A stretch of 64,000 nt of DNA from positions 3,968,001 through 4,032,000 of the forward strand of contig NC_086104.1 of the NCBI RefSeq assembly GCF_963921235.1. Reading direction: 5' to 3'. The DNA comes from Mobula hypostoma (Eukaryota). Below, in pieces: positions 12,624-26,700 of the stretch (position 1 is the stretch's first letter; each line of letters begins with the position of its first letter). The notes beneath the pieces were generated by a model. It did not search any database and was not told where the DNA came from. It saw only the letters and a program-made list of their open reading frames with translations. A program made the position numbers and the translations under genes.

Positions 12624-14763
12624 CTCTAATACTCCTACAATCTTATTTAGACCTTTCCTTTTGGTAGGAGATCAAAACTTCATACATTACTTCAAGAAAA
12701 AAGAAAATCATGAATGGAAAAATGGCACAAATGTGGCTAAAGAGAGAGGTTAAAGCTAAAATAAAAGCAAAAGAGACGGCATACAAGGAAGCAAAAATTA
12801 GTGGGAAAACTGAGGACTGGGCAACTTTTAAAAACTTACGGAAGGAAACTAAGAAAGTCATTAGGAAAGAAAAGATGAATTATGAAAGGAAATTGGCAAT
12901 TAACATAAAAAAGGATACTAAGAGTTTTTTAAAATATATGAAGAGTAAAATAGTGACACGGGTAGATAGAGGACCGATTGAAAATGATGCTGGAGAAATT
13001 ATAATGGGTAACAAAGAGATGGCAGAGGAACTAAATGAGTATTTTGAATCAGTCTTCACAGTGGAAGACATTAGCAACATACCTGATAGCCAGAGGTCTC
13101 AAGGAATAGAATTAGGTACAGTCAAGATTACTGGAGAGAAAGTGCTTGGGAAGCTAAATGGACTAAGAATAGATAAGTCTCCCGGACCGAATGAGGTGCA
13201 CACATGGGTTCTGAAGGAGGTGGCTTTGGAAATTGTGGAGGCATTGGAAATGATCTTCCAGGAATCAATAGACTATGGCATGGTTCCGGAGGACGGGAAG
13301 ATCACAAATGTAGTTCCGCTGTTTAAGAAAGGAGGGAGGCAGCAAAAAGAAAATTACAGGCCGATTAGTCTGACATCGGTAGTTGGAAAGTTATTGGAGT
13401 CGATCCTCAAGGATGAGGTTATGAAATACCTCGAGGTGCATGACAAGATAGGCCCAAGCCAGCATGGTTTCATGAAGGGAAGATCCTGCCTCACCAACCT
13501 ATTGGAATTTTTTGAGGTAATCTCAAATAAGATTGACAAGGGAGAGGCTGTGGATGTTGTGTATTTGGCTTTTCAAAAGGCCTTCGATAAGGTGTTGCAT
13601 AAGAGGCTGCTTAACAAGACGAGAGCCCATGGAATTACAGGAAAGATATTGAAATTGGTGGAGCATTGGCTGATAGGCAGAAAGCAAAGGGTGGGAATAA
13701 AGGGATCCTATTCTGATTGGTTGCCGGTTACTAGTGGTGTTCTGCAGGGGTTGGTGTTGGGGCCGCCTCTTTTTACAATGTATATCAATGATTTAGATTA
13801 TGGATTAAATGGTTTTGTAGCTAAGTTTGCGGATGACACCAAGATAGGTGGAGGAGCAGTAAGTGTTGAAGAAACGGAAAGGGTTCAGAGAGACTTGATC
13901 AGTTTAGGAGAGTGGGCAAAGAAATGGCAGCTGAGATACAATGTTGAGAAATGTACGCTTGTACATTTTGGAAGAAGAAATAATCAGGCAAGTTATTACT
14001 TAGATGGGAAGAAAATTCGAAAATCGGAAGTGCAAAGGGACTTGGGGGTCCTCGTGCAGGATACCCTAAAGGTTAACCACCAAGTTGGATTGGCAGTAAG
14101 GAAAATGGATGCTATGTTGGCATCCATTTCAAGAGGAATAGTGTTTAAGAGTAAGGAGGTGTTGATGAGGCTCTACGGGGCATTAGTGAGACCTCATTTG
14201 GAATACTGTGTGCAATTTTGGGCCCCCTATCTTAGAAGGAATATACTGATGTTGGAGAGAGTTCAGAGAAGATTTACGACAATGATTCCTCGAAAGCAGC
14301 GGCTAACATATGAAGAGCGTTTGTCAGCTCTTGGACTGTATTTATTAGAGTATAGAAGAATGAGAGGGGATCTCACAGAAACATTTCGAATGTTGAAAAG
14401 GTTGGACAGAGTAGATGTGGAGACATTGTTTCCCTTGGTGGGTAAGTCCAGGGCAAGTGGCCACAGTCTTAGAATTAGAGGGTACCCATTTAAAACAGAG
14501 GTGAGGAGAATTTTTTTTAGCTAGAGGGCTGTGGGATTTATGGAATTCATTGCCACATACAGCTGTGGAGGCCTGATCATTGAGGGTTTTTAAGGAGGAG
14601 GTTGATAGGTATCTAATTAGTCAGGGTATCAAGGGATATGAGGAAAAAGCCAGAAATTGGAACTAGATGGGAGAATAGAATTAGCTCATGGTGGAGTGGC
14701 GGAGCAGACTCGATGGGCCGAATGGACTACTTCTGCTCCTTTGTCTTGTGATCTTGTGATATT
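12624..14763 (+). mobile_element. 5'-truncated CR1 with a 604-aa open ORF2 (RT), inserted in an older CR1
   Basis: ORF 12710-14524 has YRPISLTS, QHGF, LQG..LGP, FADD and HLEYC. Tail cttgtgatcttgtgat. ATATT is present at both junctions (12619-12623, 14759-14763). Confidence 0.92.
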
Positions 14764-15519
14764 GGACATGGTGTTGTGTAATGAGTTTGCCCATATAACT
14801 GACCTTTCAGTAGGAGACCACCTGAATATCCCCTACCAGCATCTCCTCCATTTCCTGCATATCTGCTCTCAGGGACCACTGATCAAAACTCCTTAAGTTT
14901 TAATAGAGCCACAGATAAGGATAAGTCTGGAACTTATGGGAAGGTATTAGATTGGAGACTGGCAAATTATGAAGGCATTAAGCAGGAACAGCTGTTTTTG
15001 GGCAAGTCCGTATCTGACACGCAGAGGGTGTTTAAAAAACACATGCAGGGAGTTGGAGGACATTGGTGAGTTACATGAGTTTTTACCAAGAAAAAATGTG
15101 GAGGAGAACAAGATTAGTGTGGGGCATTCTGAGGTAACAAAAAGGTCTCTTGAAAAACAATACCCCCCAGGACATGATGGGATATAGCACAGATTACTGA
15201 GGGAGGCAAGAGATAAAATTGTTGGGACATTAACCAAATTTGTCTATCCTCTCCAGCCACTGGTGAGGCCCTGGACGATTGGCAAGTTGCTAATGTAGTT
15301 CCTTTGTTCAAGAAGGAAACCAGGATAATGCTGGACAATACTTTCTTTGCCATAACCTGTGTCCCCAATGTCAGGAAGCTATCGACTGGGAATGGAAGGC
15401 ACATGATGACATGTTTGCCTTTACTAGTCCAGGATCTGAGGTCAAGGGTCAGGAATTTATGTTGCAGCTTTATATAATTCTAGTGAGGCTGTATGTGGAG
15501 TTCTTCATTTCTCTGTCTC

Positions 15520-16600
15520 CATCTCTGGAAACAGATCATCGGCTGATATCTTTTATAAACCTACTGACTCTCACAGTTATCTTGACTTCGCGACCACCTA
15601 CCCTGTCATTTGTAGAATTACAATTCTCTTCTCTCAGTTCCTCCACCTCCACTGGATCTGTTCTCAGAATGAGATTTCTCATTGCAGAACATCTCAGATT
15701 TACTCCTTCTACAAAGAACGCTGTTTATCTTCCTCTACCGTCGATGCTGTCCTCACCTGCATCTCCTCCATTTCCTGCATATCTGCCCCCACCCCATTCT
15801 CCCACTGCCATAGCAGGGATAGGATTCCTCTTGTCCTTATCCACCAGCTCGCAAACCTCGGTATCCAGCTCATCATTCCCAATAACTTCTATCATTTACA
15901 ATAGGATCCTACCTAAACACATCTTTCCTTCCAAACCCCACACAATCCCCATTTTCAATAGGGATTGCTCTCTATGTGACTCCATTGTCCACTCGACCTT
16001 CCCCACTGATCTCTCTCCTGGCACTACTGTATCTCTGAAAGCAAGACAAGTACGTCACCTGCTCCTACACCTCCTCCCTTGCCACCATTCAGGGCCCCAA
16101 ACAGTCCTTCCAGGTGATGCGATATTTTACCTGTGCGACTGTCAGAGTTATCTGCTGTAATTGGTGCTCCTGGTGTGGCCTGTACATCAGTGAGACCCAA
16201 GGCAGATTGGAGGACCACTTTCTTGAGCACCTTCGCTCCATCCATCACAACAGGAGTGATTTCCTGTGGCCACCATTCAATTCTCCTTCCCAATCCCATT
16301 CTGACATGTCAATCCATGTCCACTACTACTGACATGAGGTGATCACAATCAGGGTAGAGGAGAAACACCTAATATTAAGCCTTCGTTTCCTCCAATTTGA
16401 TAGCAAAAACAGCAATTTCTCCAGCTTTTGGGAATTTCACACCCCTCCTCAATTCTCTCCTTTCCATTTCTCATTCTGGTTCTTCTCTCACCCTTTATCT
16501 TCTCCTCACATGCTCAGCACTTCCCTCTTCTTCTATCCTCCTCCTCTTTACTTCTTCCACCAATCTCTCCTACCTACCTTCCATCTCATTTGGTGTCACC
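15520..16600 (+). mobile_element. Penelope-like element (RT C-terminus + GIY-YIG endonuclease), degenerate
   Basis: Remnant YKPTDSHSYL near 15555. ORF 16114-16332 RYFTC..VICCNWCSWCGLYISETQGRLEDHFLEH is the GIY-YIG signature. Pyrimidine-rich 3' region follows. Confidence 0.8.
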
Positions 16601-16619
16601 TGGGACCGGACGGTATGTA

Positions 16620-18595
16620 CCCCAGTCTACTGTGGGAGGTGAGGTTAGGAAATTGCTGAGACTCTGGTGATGATCTTTGCATCATTAATGAGGACAGGTG
16701 AGATTCCAAAGGATTGGAGGGTTGCGGATGTTGTTCCATTATTCAAGAAAGTGAATAGACCAGTGTGTCTTAATTCAGTGGTCGGTAAGTTGATGGAGAA
16801 ATTCCTGGCAGGCAGGATTTATGAGCATTTGGAGAGGCATAATATGATTAGGAATAGACAGCATGGCTTTGTTAAAGGTAGGTCGTACCTTACAAGCATG
16901 ATTGAATTCTCTGAAGATGTGACTAAACACATTGATGAAGGAAGAGCAGTAGATGTAGTGCATATGGATTTCAGCAAGGCATTTGATAAGGTACCCCATG
17001 CAAGGCTTATTGAGAAAGTAAGGAGGCACGAGATCCAAGGGGACATTGCTTTGTGGATCCAGAACTGGCTTGCCCACAGAAGGCAAAGAGTGGTTGTAGA
17101 CAGGTCAAATTCTGCATGGGGCCAGTGACCAGTGGTGTGCCTAAGGAATCTGTCTGGGACCCCTACTCTTTGTGATTTTTATAAATGACCTGAATGAGGA
17201 AGTGGAGGGATGGGTTGGTAAATTTTCTGGGGGTGTTGTGGATAGTCTGGAGGGCTGTCTGAGGTTACAGCAGGATATTGATAGGATACAAACCTGGGCT
17301 GAGAAGTGGTAGATGGAGTTTAACCCAATTAAGTGTGAAGTAGTTCATTTTGGTAGGCCAAATATGATGGCAGAATATAGCATTAATGGCTAGACTCTAG
17401 GCAATGTGGAGGATCAGAAGAATCTTGGGGTCCAGGTCCATAGGACACTCAAAGCTGCTGTGCAGGTTGACTCTGTGGTTAAGGTGGCGTACGGTGCATT
17501 GGCCTTCATCAATCGTGGGACTGAGTTTAAGAGCCGAGAGGTAATGTTCCAGATTGATTCCTGGGATGGCAGGACTTTCATATGAAGAAAGACTGGATGA
17601 ACTGGGCTTGTACTCGTTGGAATTTAGAAGATTGAGGGGGGATCTGATTGAAAAGTATAAGATCCTAAAGGAATTGGACAGGCTAGATGCAGGAAGATTG
17701 TTCCCGATGTTGGGGAAGTCCAGAACGAGGGGCCACAGTTTGAGGATAGAGGGGAAGCCTTTTAGGACCGAGATTAGGAAAAACTTCTTCACACAGAGAG
17801 TGGTGAATCTGTGGAATTCTCTGCCACAGGAAACAGTTGAGGCCAGTTCATTGGCTATATTTAAGAGGGAGTTAGATATGGCCCTTGTGGCTATGGGGGT
17901 CAGGGGGTATGGAGGGAAGGCTGGGGCGGGGTTCTGAGTTGGATGATCAGCCATGATCATAATAAATGGCGATGCAGGCTCGAAGGGCCAAATGGCCTAC
18001 TCCTGCACCTATTTTCTATGTTTCTATGTTTGTATATAGAACCCTGGTCAGGCCCCACTTGGAGTACTGTGCTCAGTCCTGGTCTCCTCATTACAGGAAG
18101 GATGTGGAAAGTGGGTGCATAGGAGATTTACAAGGATGTTGCCTGGATTGGGGAGCATGCCTTATGAGAATGGGTTGAGTGAACTCAGCCTTTTCTCCTT
18201 GGAGCGACGGAGGATGAGAGGTGATCTGATAGAGGTGTACGAGATAATGAGAAGCATTGATTGTGTGGGTAGTCAGAGGCTTTTTCCCAGGGTTGATATG
18301 GCTAGCACAAGAGGCCATAATTTTAAGGTGCTTGGAAGCAGGTACAGAGGAGATGTCAAGGGTAAGTTTTTTATGCAGAGAGTGGTGAGTGCGTGGAATG
18401 GGCTTCTGGCGGCGGTGATGGAGGCAGAAACGATAAGGTCTTTTAAGAGTCTCCTGGATGGCTACATGGAGCTTAGATAAATAGATGGCTATGTGTATGC
18501 CTAAGTAGTTCTAAGGTAAGGACATGTTCGGCACAGCTTTGTGGGCCAAAGGGCCTGTATTGTGATTTAGGTTTTCTATGTTTCTATGTTTCTAT
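16620..18595 (+). mobile_element. CR1 RT/3' end interrupted by a young CR1 3' fragment (~17535-18030)
   Basis: ORFs 16667-17128, 17554-17937 and 18115-18480 are CR1 RT pieces. The host sequence gaggtaatgtt...tatatagaaccctggtc is split by the insert. Both elements end in (TTTCTATG)n. Confidence 0.88.
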
Positions 18596-18944
18596 CACCT
18601 GCCAGCTTCTTATTCTGATTTCTGCTCCCTTCCTTTCCAGTCCTGATAAAGAACTCTCAGCCCCTAACATTGACTGCTTATTTCCCATTCAGATGCTGCC
18701 TGACCTGCTGAATTCCTCTGCACTTGGATTCTCTTTGTCTTCACCCTTTCAGACTTGCCAGTTGTTTTTCCCACTTCTCCATCCAGCTAATGAGTATATC
18801 AGTCCTACAGCAATGGAGCTTTGTAAAATACTGGTCTGGGCCTTATCTTCTACAGCTTTTAAAATCAAAAGCACAGATCTATCTGCCAGTCCTCAGACGA
18901 TCAGAGATGGACAGGTTGAGCAACTTTAAATTTCTCTGTGTTAC

Positions 18945-19900
18945 CAGGCTTGGCAGGAAGCTCAGACACCTCGAGCTTCATCCCACCTTGTGCAACCTGA
19001 TCCAGGACTTCCTGTCAGATCGCCAGCATGTGGTAAGAGTGGGCTCCCTCACCTCTGCCCCTCGGACCCTTAACACAGGAGCCCCCCCCCCGGGATGTGT
19101 CCTAAGCCCCCTCCTTTACTCTCTGTATACCCATGACTGTGTTGTCACCCACAGCTACAGTCTGCTAATTAAATTTTACAGATGATACTAGATTCATTGG
19201 CCTTATTTCAAATAATAACGAGGCAGCCTGCAGAAAATATGTCATCACCCTGACACTGTGGTGTCAAGAAGACAATCTCTCCATCAATGTTGCAGAAATG
19301 AAGCAGTTGGTTGTGGACTACAGGAGGAATGGAGATGGGCTAACCCGGATTGACATCAATGGATCAAAGGTTGAGAGGGTGAACAGTTCCTCAGCATACA
19401 CATCACGGAGGACCTCACTTGGTCTCTACATACCGGCTGTGAGGTGAAAAAAGCACAACAACGCTTCTTTCACCTCAGACGGTTGAAGAGGTTTGGCACG
19501 AGTCCCCAAATCCTAAGGACTTTCTACAGGGGCCCAATTGAGAGCATCCTGACTGGCTGCATCACCGACTGGTATGGGAACTGTACTTTCCTCAATCACA
19601 AGTCTCTGCAGAGAGTGGTGCGGACAGCCCAGCGCATCTGTAGATGTGAACTTCCCACTGTTCAGGACATTTACAATGACAGGCACATAAAAAGGGCCCG
19701 AAGGATCACTGGGGACCCGAGTCACCCCAGCCACAAACTGTGCCAGCTACTACCATCTGGGAAATGGTAGGACCAACAGGCTCCTGGACAGCTTCTTCCA
19801 CCAGGCCATCAGACTGATTAATTCATTCTCACACAATTGTATTTCTAAGCTATATTGACTGTTCTGTTGTATATTTTACTGAACATAGTATTTATTATAA
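18945..19900 (+). mobile_element. Rex1/Babar-type LINE RT fragment
   Basis: LCNLIQDFLSDRQHVVRVG...NTGAP.GCVLSPLLYSLYTHDC and KKAQQRFFHLRRLKRFG...IESILTGCITDWYGNC. Confidence 0.8.
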
Positions 19901-22430
19901 ATTACTATAAGTTGCATATTGCACATTGAGACGGAAGCATAATGTAAAGATTTTTACTCCTCATGTATATGAAGGATGTAAGTAATAAAGTCAATTCAAT
20001 TCATTTTAGAGGACCTGGGCCCAACATGTAAGTGCAATTGCAAAGAAAGCAGAACAGCGTCTCTACTTCCCTAGGAGTTTGTGGAGATTCAGCATGACAT
20101 CTAAAACTTTGATGTCACGCTGAATCTGTTGATGTGTAGTAGAGAGTATATTGACTGGTTGCATCACAATCTGGTGTGCAAACACCAATACCCTTGAACA
20201 GAAAATCCTACAAAAAAGTTGTGGATGCGGCCCAGTCCATCATGATAAAGCCCTCCCAACCATTGAGAACATCTAGATAAAACGCTGTTGCAGGAAAGCA
20301 GCATCTATCATCAGGGACTCCCCACCACCCAGGTCATGCTCCCTTCATGTTGTTGCCATCAGGAAGGAGGTACAGGAGCCTCAGCACCTTCACCATCTGA
20401 TTCAGGAATGATTATTACCCCTCAACCATAAGGCTCTTAAACTAGAGGGGATAATTTCACTCAGCTTCACTTGACCAATCAATAAAATATTCCCACAACT
20501 GATGTTCCCATTTTCAAGGAGGCTTTATCTCATGTTCTCGATATTTATTCATTATTTATTTATTATGTATTATTTCTTTCTTTTTGTATTTGCACAGTTT
20601 GTTCTCTTCTGCACTTTGGTGGAGCTTAGAAAAATTGAGGGCTTTGGATAAGCCTATTAATTTCTAAGGTAGGGACATGTTCGGCACAATTTTGTGGGCC
20701 GAGGGGCCTGTATTGTGCTGTAGGTTTTCTATGTTCTATGAACGTCCAGTTGGACAGTCTTTCATTGATTCTGTTATAGTTATAACCATAAATAATTCTA
20801 TAGATTTATTGAGTATGCCCACAGGAAAACGAATCTAAATGTGGTTATGTGGTGACACATATTGTACTTTGATAATTAATCTACTTGGAACTTTGAAATC
20901 TTGGCTGACAATGTATTCAGTTCAGACATTGCTAAACCCGTGAGTACTTCCTCTTTTACTGCGCTAACTCACACAGCTTCTCCAAATTGATGTCAACATC
21001 ATTATCGGCGCCTCTACGGAAGATCTGTAATATGCTGATGGAAGAGGTTGTCTGAGTGACAGAGGAGATCCCTCGGCTGCTCACAGCTCCAGCGATCTGA
21101 ATCCAACTGGAATCTGGAAACCGTCTTCATGTGGAGTGTTTATGTTCACCCCGTCATCAGATTTCTGAATGGTCCATGAACAAAACCTCACTATTCCCCA
21201 ACACACATCAAAGTTGCTGGTGAACGCAGCCGGCCTCACTATTCCCCTTTGCTCTGTTTATATTGAATTGAATTGTGCCCTGTACTGATTTGTGAGTGAA
21301 AGTAAAATGATCATCACATGTCTCTACAGTTGGGAAATAATGTCAGAATTCCAGTTATTCATCGTTATGTGCCGTGTCGTATGACATAGGCCATCGCGGT
21401 CCATGATCATGATAGTTCTGGGAAAATTCTACACAAGTGGTTTGCCATTGCCTTCTTCGGGGCAGTGTGTTTACAAAATGGGTGACCCCAGCCATTATCA
21501 ATACTCTTCAGAGATTGTCTGCCCGGCGTCGGTGGTCACATAACCAGGACTTGTGATATATACCAGTTGCTCAAACAACCGTCCATCACCTGCTCCCACG
21601 GCTTTGGGTGACCCTGATCGGGGAGGGGGGTGCTAAGCAGGTACTACACCTTGCCCAAGGGTGACGTGCAGGCTAGCGGAGGGAAGGAGCTCCTTACACG
21701 TCCTTTGGTAGAGACACATCTCCACCCTGCCACCCATAAGCTTCCAGTACCTGGCTCACATTCAATTCTTTCACTCCAATTTCGCCAGCCAGGCTCACAC
21801 ATTGATTTAATATTGATTATGAAGATAGCACTGAACGACCTAGGGTTTGGACGACTGAAGCGCCGAGCCAGATTGAAAAGGTCGGTGTGTCAGAGCCAGA
21901 GGCGAGTGAAGGTCTCGTTCAGCTCACTGCTCTGTGAGGTTTATTCGTCTCTGAATTGAACTGAGCCTGTGGCCGGCAACTAATAGGCTCCTGGATCGGC
22001 TGCAGTGATGACTGGCTTCATGGCTACAAACTCACTTTTGTGAGTTTCAGTTGTTTGCTTGCTTTTGTTTGTACGATTTGCTTTTCTGCACATTGGATGT
22101 TTGTTTTTTATTTAATGGGTTCTGTTGGATTCCTTTGTTTTGTGGCTGTCCGTAAGGAGACAAATCTCAAGGTTGTGCACAGCGTACATACTTTAATAAT
22201 AAATATATTTTAACTTTGAACATCGTGTGTCAAACATTCCTTCCCACAACCATATGCAGCCACTGCAAGCTTACAGTTCACTTTCTCTGTGTTCTTAATA
22301 AACACATCTTTATCAATAGTGAATGGCACATTCAGAGTAACAATTTCATAACTGTAAACTTGACTATATTGGGGTGAGTAACACAGACCCACAATCTATG
22401 CACTGACTTTCAGGGTCTCTTCATCTCATG

Positions 22431-22566
22431 NNNNNNNNNNNNNNNNNNNNNNNNNNNNNNNNNNNNNNNNNNNNNNNNNNNNNNNNNNNNNNNNNNNNNN
22501 NNNNNNNNNNNNNNNNNNNNNNNNNNNNNNNNNNNNNNNNNNNNNNNNNNNNNNNNNNNNNNNNNN
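22431..22566. other. Assembly gap (136 N)
   Basis: Run of N. Continuity and orientation across the gap are not verifiable. Confidence 0.98.
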
Positions 22567-23151
22567 TGATGTCTTTTCCACACTGGTTGAATGCCCAAGC
22601 TGGTGTGGTCTTTCGTTGATTCTGCTGTGGTTATTATTGTTCAGATTTATTGAGTATGCCTGCAAGAAAATGAATCTCAGGATTGTATATGGTGACATTT
22701 TTGCACTTTGATAATAAATTTACTTTGAACTCTCCATTAGTGTTGCCTGACCTGCTGAATTCCTCCAGCGTTTTGTATGTGTTGCTCAAGATTTCAATGG
22801 TTTAATTGTTCAGCTTAATTTCAGCAAATGTATCCCAACTGAAGTGCTTACTCTTTGCTGACATCCATGAAACAGAACAAAAAACCTCAGAAAACACTGA
22901 ATGACAGAAAAACGTTAAGAACCCCAAAGCCCCCCTCTCACACACAAGCATCAGCAAAAGCATCAACCCCCTCCGCCCACCAAAGTCCCAGAGTCCATCA
23001 AAAACTACCATCCGTAGATACTGCTGAGTTCCTCAGTAAGTGTGGAAATATATATGAAAAACCAAGCTTCTTCAAGTCTGGGGGTAAATAGATAGTCTTA
23101 CGATGATGAGTAAAGTTCAGTTCAGTTCGTGGTATTTAGTTGAGTAGTGAT

Positions 23152-23175
23152 GGAGAGAGAGAGAGAGGGAGAGAG
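23152..23175. repeat. (GA)n microsatellite
   Basis: gagagagagagagagggagagag. Confidence 0.8.
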
Positions 23176-23733
23176 TTGATTCTTCAGATGGGCTGATGCC
23201 ATCAACCTTCCCGTTTTCCTCCAAAATCCTTTAAAAGACACCGACTGTGACTTCAACAAAGGGCACCAGTTTTCTGTGGTGGAAGTATCAACCCAGGCAA
23301 GGGTGGACACATGGACAACTCCCCACTGGTCACAGCCTTTTCTTTTTACTGCAAGAGCCACTGATCGATCCTCCAAAAACCCACTTTTTCTGTGGGCACA
23401 AAAAAGCTCATTCAGTGTCCAAAACATGTCCCTGAGTTCTATCATCTGACCTCCTATTTATCTCACCGTACTGAGTACCAACTGTCAGTCAAATAACTCC
23501 TCCTTCGTTTGACTGTGTAAGAAATGTACAAGCAGGCAAATGCCCTTGGAGAAAGTATAAACATACTCCAGAGAAACTATAACATTGATTGTCCATCAAA
23601 TAACGTCGCCCTCAGTCACCATAGCGACTTATGAGCTGATCAGTGCTGTCTCTCTCTCTCTCTAACTCAGCAGAAATCCAAAAGTTATTCTCATGCCTTA
23701 AAGTGACAGTCCAAAAGTTAGTCTTCATCTCAT

Positions 23734-26700
23734 CTTCAATCTACATGTAGATTGGCTGAACCAAATTGGTAAAGGTGCTGAGGTAGAGGATTTCTTGGAA
23801 TGTATGCGGGATGGTTTTTTGAACCAACGTGTCGAGGAACCAACTAGAGAGCAGGCTATTCTGGACTGGGTTTTGAGCAATGAGGAAGGGTTAATTAGCA
23901 ATCTTGTCCTGAGAGGCCCCTTGGGTAAGAGTGACCATAATATGGTGGAATTCTTCATTAAGATGGAGAGTGACATAGCTAATTCAGAAACAAAGGTTCT
24001 GAACTTAAAGAGGGGTAACTTTGAAGGTATGAGATGTGAATTAGCTAAAATAGACTGGCAAATAACACTTAAAGGATTGACGGTGGATATGCAATGGCAA
24101 GCATTTAAAGGTTACATGGATGAACTACAAAAATTGTTCATCCCAGTTTGGCAAAAGAATAAATCAAGGAAGGTAGTGCACCCGTGGCTGACAAAAGAAA
24201 TTAGGGATAGTATCAATTCCAAAGAAGAAGCATACAAATTAGCCAGAAAAAGTGGCTCACCTGAGGACTGGGAGAAATTCAGAGTTCAGCAGAGGAGGAC
24301 AAAGGGCTTAATTAGGAAGGGGGAAAAAGATTATGAGAGAAAACTGGCAGGGAACATAAAAACTGACTGTAAAAGCTTTTATAGATATGTAAAAAGGAAA
24401 AGACTGGTAAAGACAAATGTAGGTCCCCTGCAGACAGAAACAGGTGAATTGATTATGGGGAGCAAGAACAGGGCAGACCAATTGAATAATTACTTTGGTT
24501 CTGTCTTAGAAACATAGAAACATAGAAAATAGGTGCAGGAGTAGGCCATTCGGCCCTTTGAGCCTGCACCGCCATTTATTATGATCATGGCCGATCATCC
24601 AACTCAGAACCCAGCCTTCCCTCCATACCCCCTGACCCCTGTAGCCACAAGGGCCATATCTAACTCCCTCTTAAACATAGCCAATGAACTGGCCTCAACA
24701 GTTTCCTGTGGCAGAGAATTCCACAGATTCACCACTCTCTGTGTGAAGAAGTTTTTCCTAATCTCGGTCCTAAAAGGCTTCCCCTCTATCCTCAAACTGT
24801 GACCGCTCGTTCTGGACTTCCCCAACATCGGGAACAATCTTCCCGCATCTAGCCTGTCCAATCCCTTTAGGATCTTATACGTTTCAATCAGATCCCCCCT
24901 CAATCTTCTAAATTCCAACGAGTACAAGCCCAGTTCATCCAGTCTTTCTTCATATGAAAGACCTGCCATCCCAGGAATCAATCTGGGTAACCTTCTTTGT
25001 ACTCCCTCTATGGCAAAGATGTCTTTCCTCAGATTAGGGGACCTAAACTGCACACAATACTCCAGGTGTGGTCTCACCAACGCCTTGTACAACTGCAGTA
25101 GTACCTCCCTGCTCCTGTACTCGAATCCTCTCGCTATAAATGCCAGCATACTGTTCGCCTTTTTCACCGCCTGCTGTACCTGCATGCCCACTTTCAATGA
25201 CTGGTGTATAATGACACCCAGGTCTCGTTGCACCTCCCCTTTTCCTAATCGGCCACCATTCAGATAATAATCTGTTTTCCTATTTTTGCCACCAAAGTGG
25301 ATAACTTCACATTTATCCACATTAAATTGCATCTGCCATGAGTTTGCCCACTCACCCAACCTATCCAAGTCACCCTGCATCCTCTTAGCATCCTCCTCAC
25401 TGCTAACACTGCCACCCAGCTTCGTGTCATCCGCAAACTTGGAGATGCTGCATTTAATTCCCTCATCCAAGTCATTAATATATATTGTAAACAACTGGGG
25501 TCCCAGCACTGAGCCTTGCGGTACCCCACTAGTCACCACCTGCCATTCTGAAAAGGTCCCGTTTATTCCCACTCTTTGCTTCCTGTCTGCTAACCAATTC
25601 TCCACCCACACCAATACCTTACCCCCAATACCGTGTGCTTTAAGTTTGCACACTAATCTCCTGTGTGGGACCTTGTCAAAAGCCTTTTGAAAATCCAAAT
25701 ATACCACATCCACTGGTTCTCCCCTATCCACTCTACTAGTCACATCCTCAAAAAATTCTATGAGATTCGTCAGACATGATTTTCCTTTCACAAATCCATG
25801 CTGACTTTGTCCGATCATTTCACCGCTTTCCAAATGTGCTGTTATCACATCCTTGATAACTGACTCCAGCAGTTTCCCCACCACCGACGTTAGGCTAACC
25901 GGCCTATAATTCCCCGGTTTCTCTCTCCCTCCTTTTTTAAATAGTGGGGTTACATTAGCCACCCTCCAATCCTCAGGAACTAGTCCAGAATCTAACGAGT
26001 TTTGAAAAATTATCACTAATGCATCCACTATTTCTTGGGCTACTTCCTTAAGCACTCTGGGATGCAGACCATCTGGCCCTGGGGATTTATCTGCCTTCAA
26101 TCCCTTCAATTTACCTAACACCACTTCCCTACTAACATGTATTTCACTCAGTTCCTCTATCTCACTGGACCCTCTGTCCCTTACTATTTCTGGAAGATTA
26201 TTTATGTCCTCCTTAGTGAAGACAGAACCAAAGTAATTATTCAATTGGTCTGCCATGTCCTTGCTCCCCATAATCAATTCACCTGTTTCTGTCTGCAGGG
26301 GACCTACATTTGTCTTTACCAGTCTTTTCCTTTTTACATATCTATAAAAGCTTTTACAGTCCATTTTTATGTTCCCTGCCAGTTTTCTCTCATAATCTTT
26401 TTTCCCCTTCCTAATTAAGCCCTTTGTCCTCCTCTGCTGAACTCTGAATTTCTCCCACTCCTCAGGTGAGCCACTTTCTCTGGCTAATATGTATGCTACT
26501 TGGAATTGATACTATCCCTAATTTCTCTTGTCAGCCACGGGTGCACTACCTTCCTTGATTTATTCTTTTGCCAAACTGGGATGAACAATTGTTGTAGTTC
26601 ATCCATGCAACCTTTAAATGCTCTTCACTAAGGAGGACATAAATAATCTTCCAGAAATAGTAGGGGACAGAGGGTCCAGTGAGATGGAGGAACTGAGCGA

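Noticed and set aside
15411-16160. 249-aa ORF as a host gene
   Set aside because: It is an off-frame, low-complexity reading of CR1 and Penelope-like remnants.
22210-22392. Minus-strand 60-aa ORF next to the gap (…YEIVTLNVPFTIDKDVFIKNTEKVNCKL…) as a terminal exon of another gene
   Set aside because: No recognisable domain, weak acceptor, abuts repeat tails and an N gap. It cannot be supported without a BLAST or RNA-seq check.
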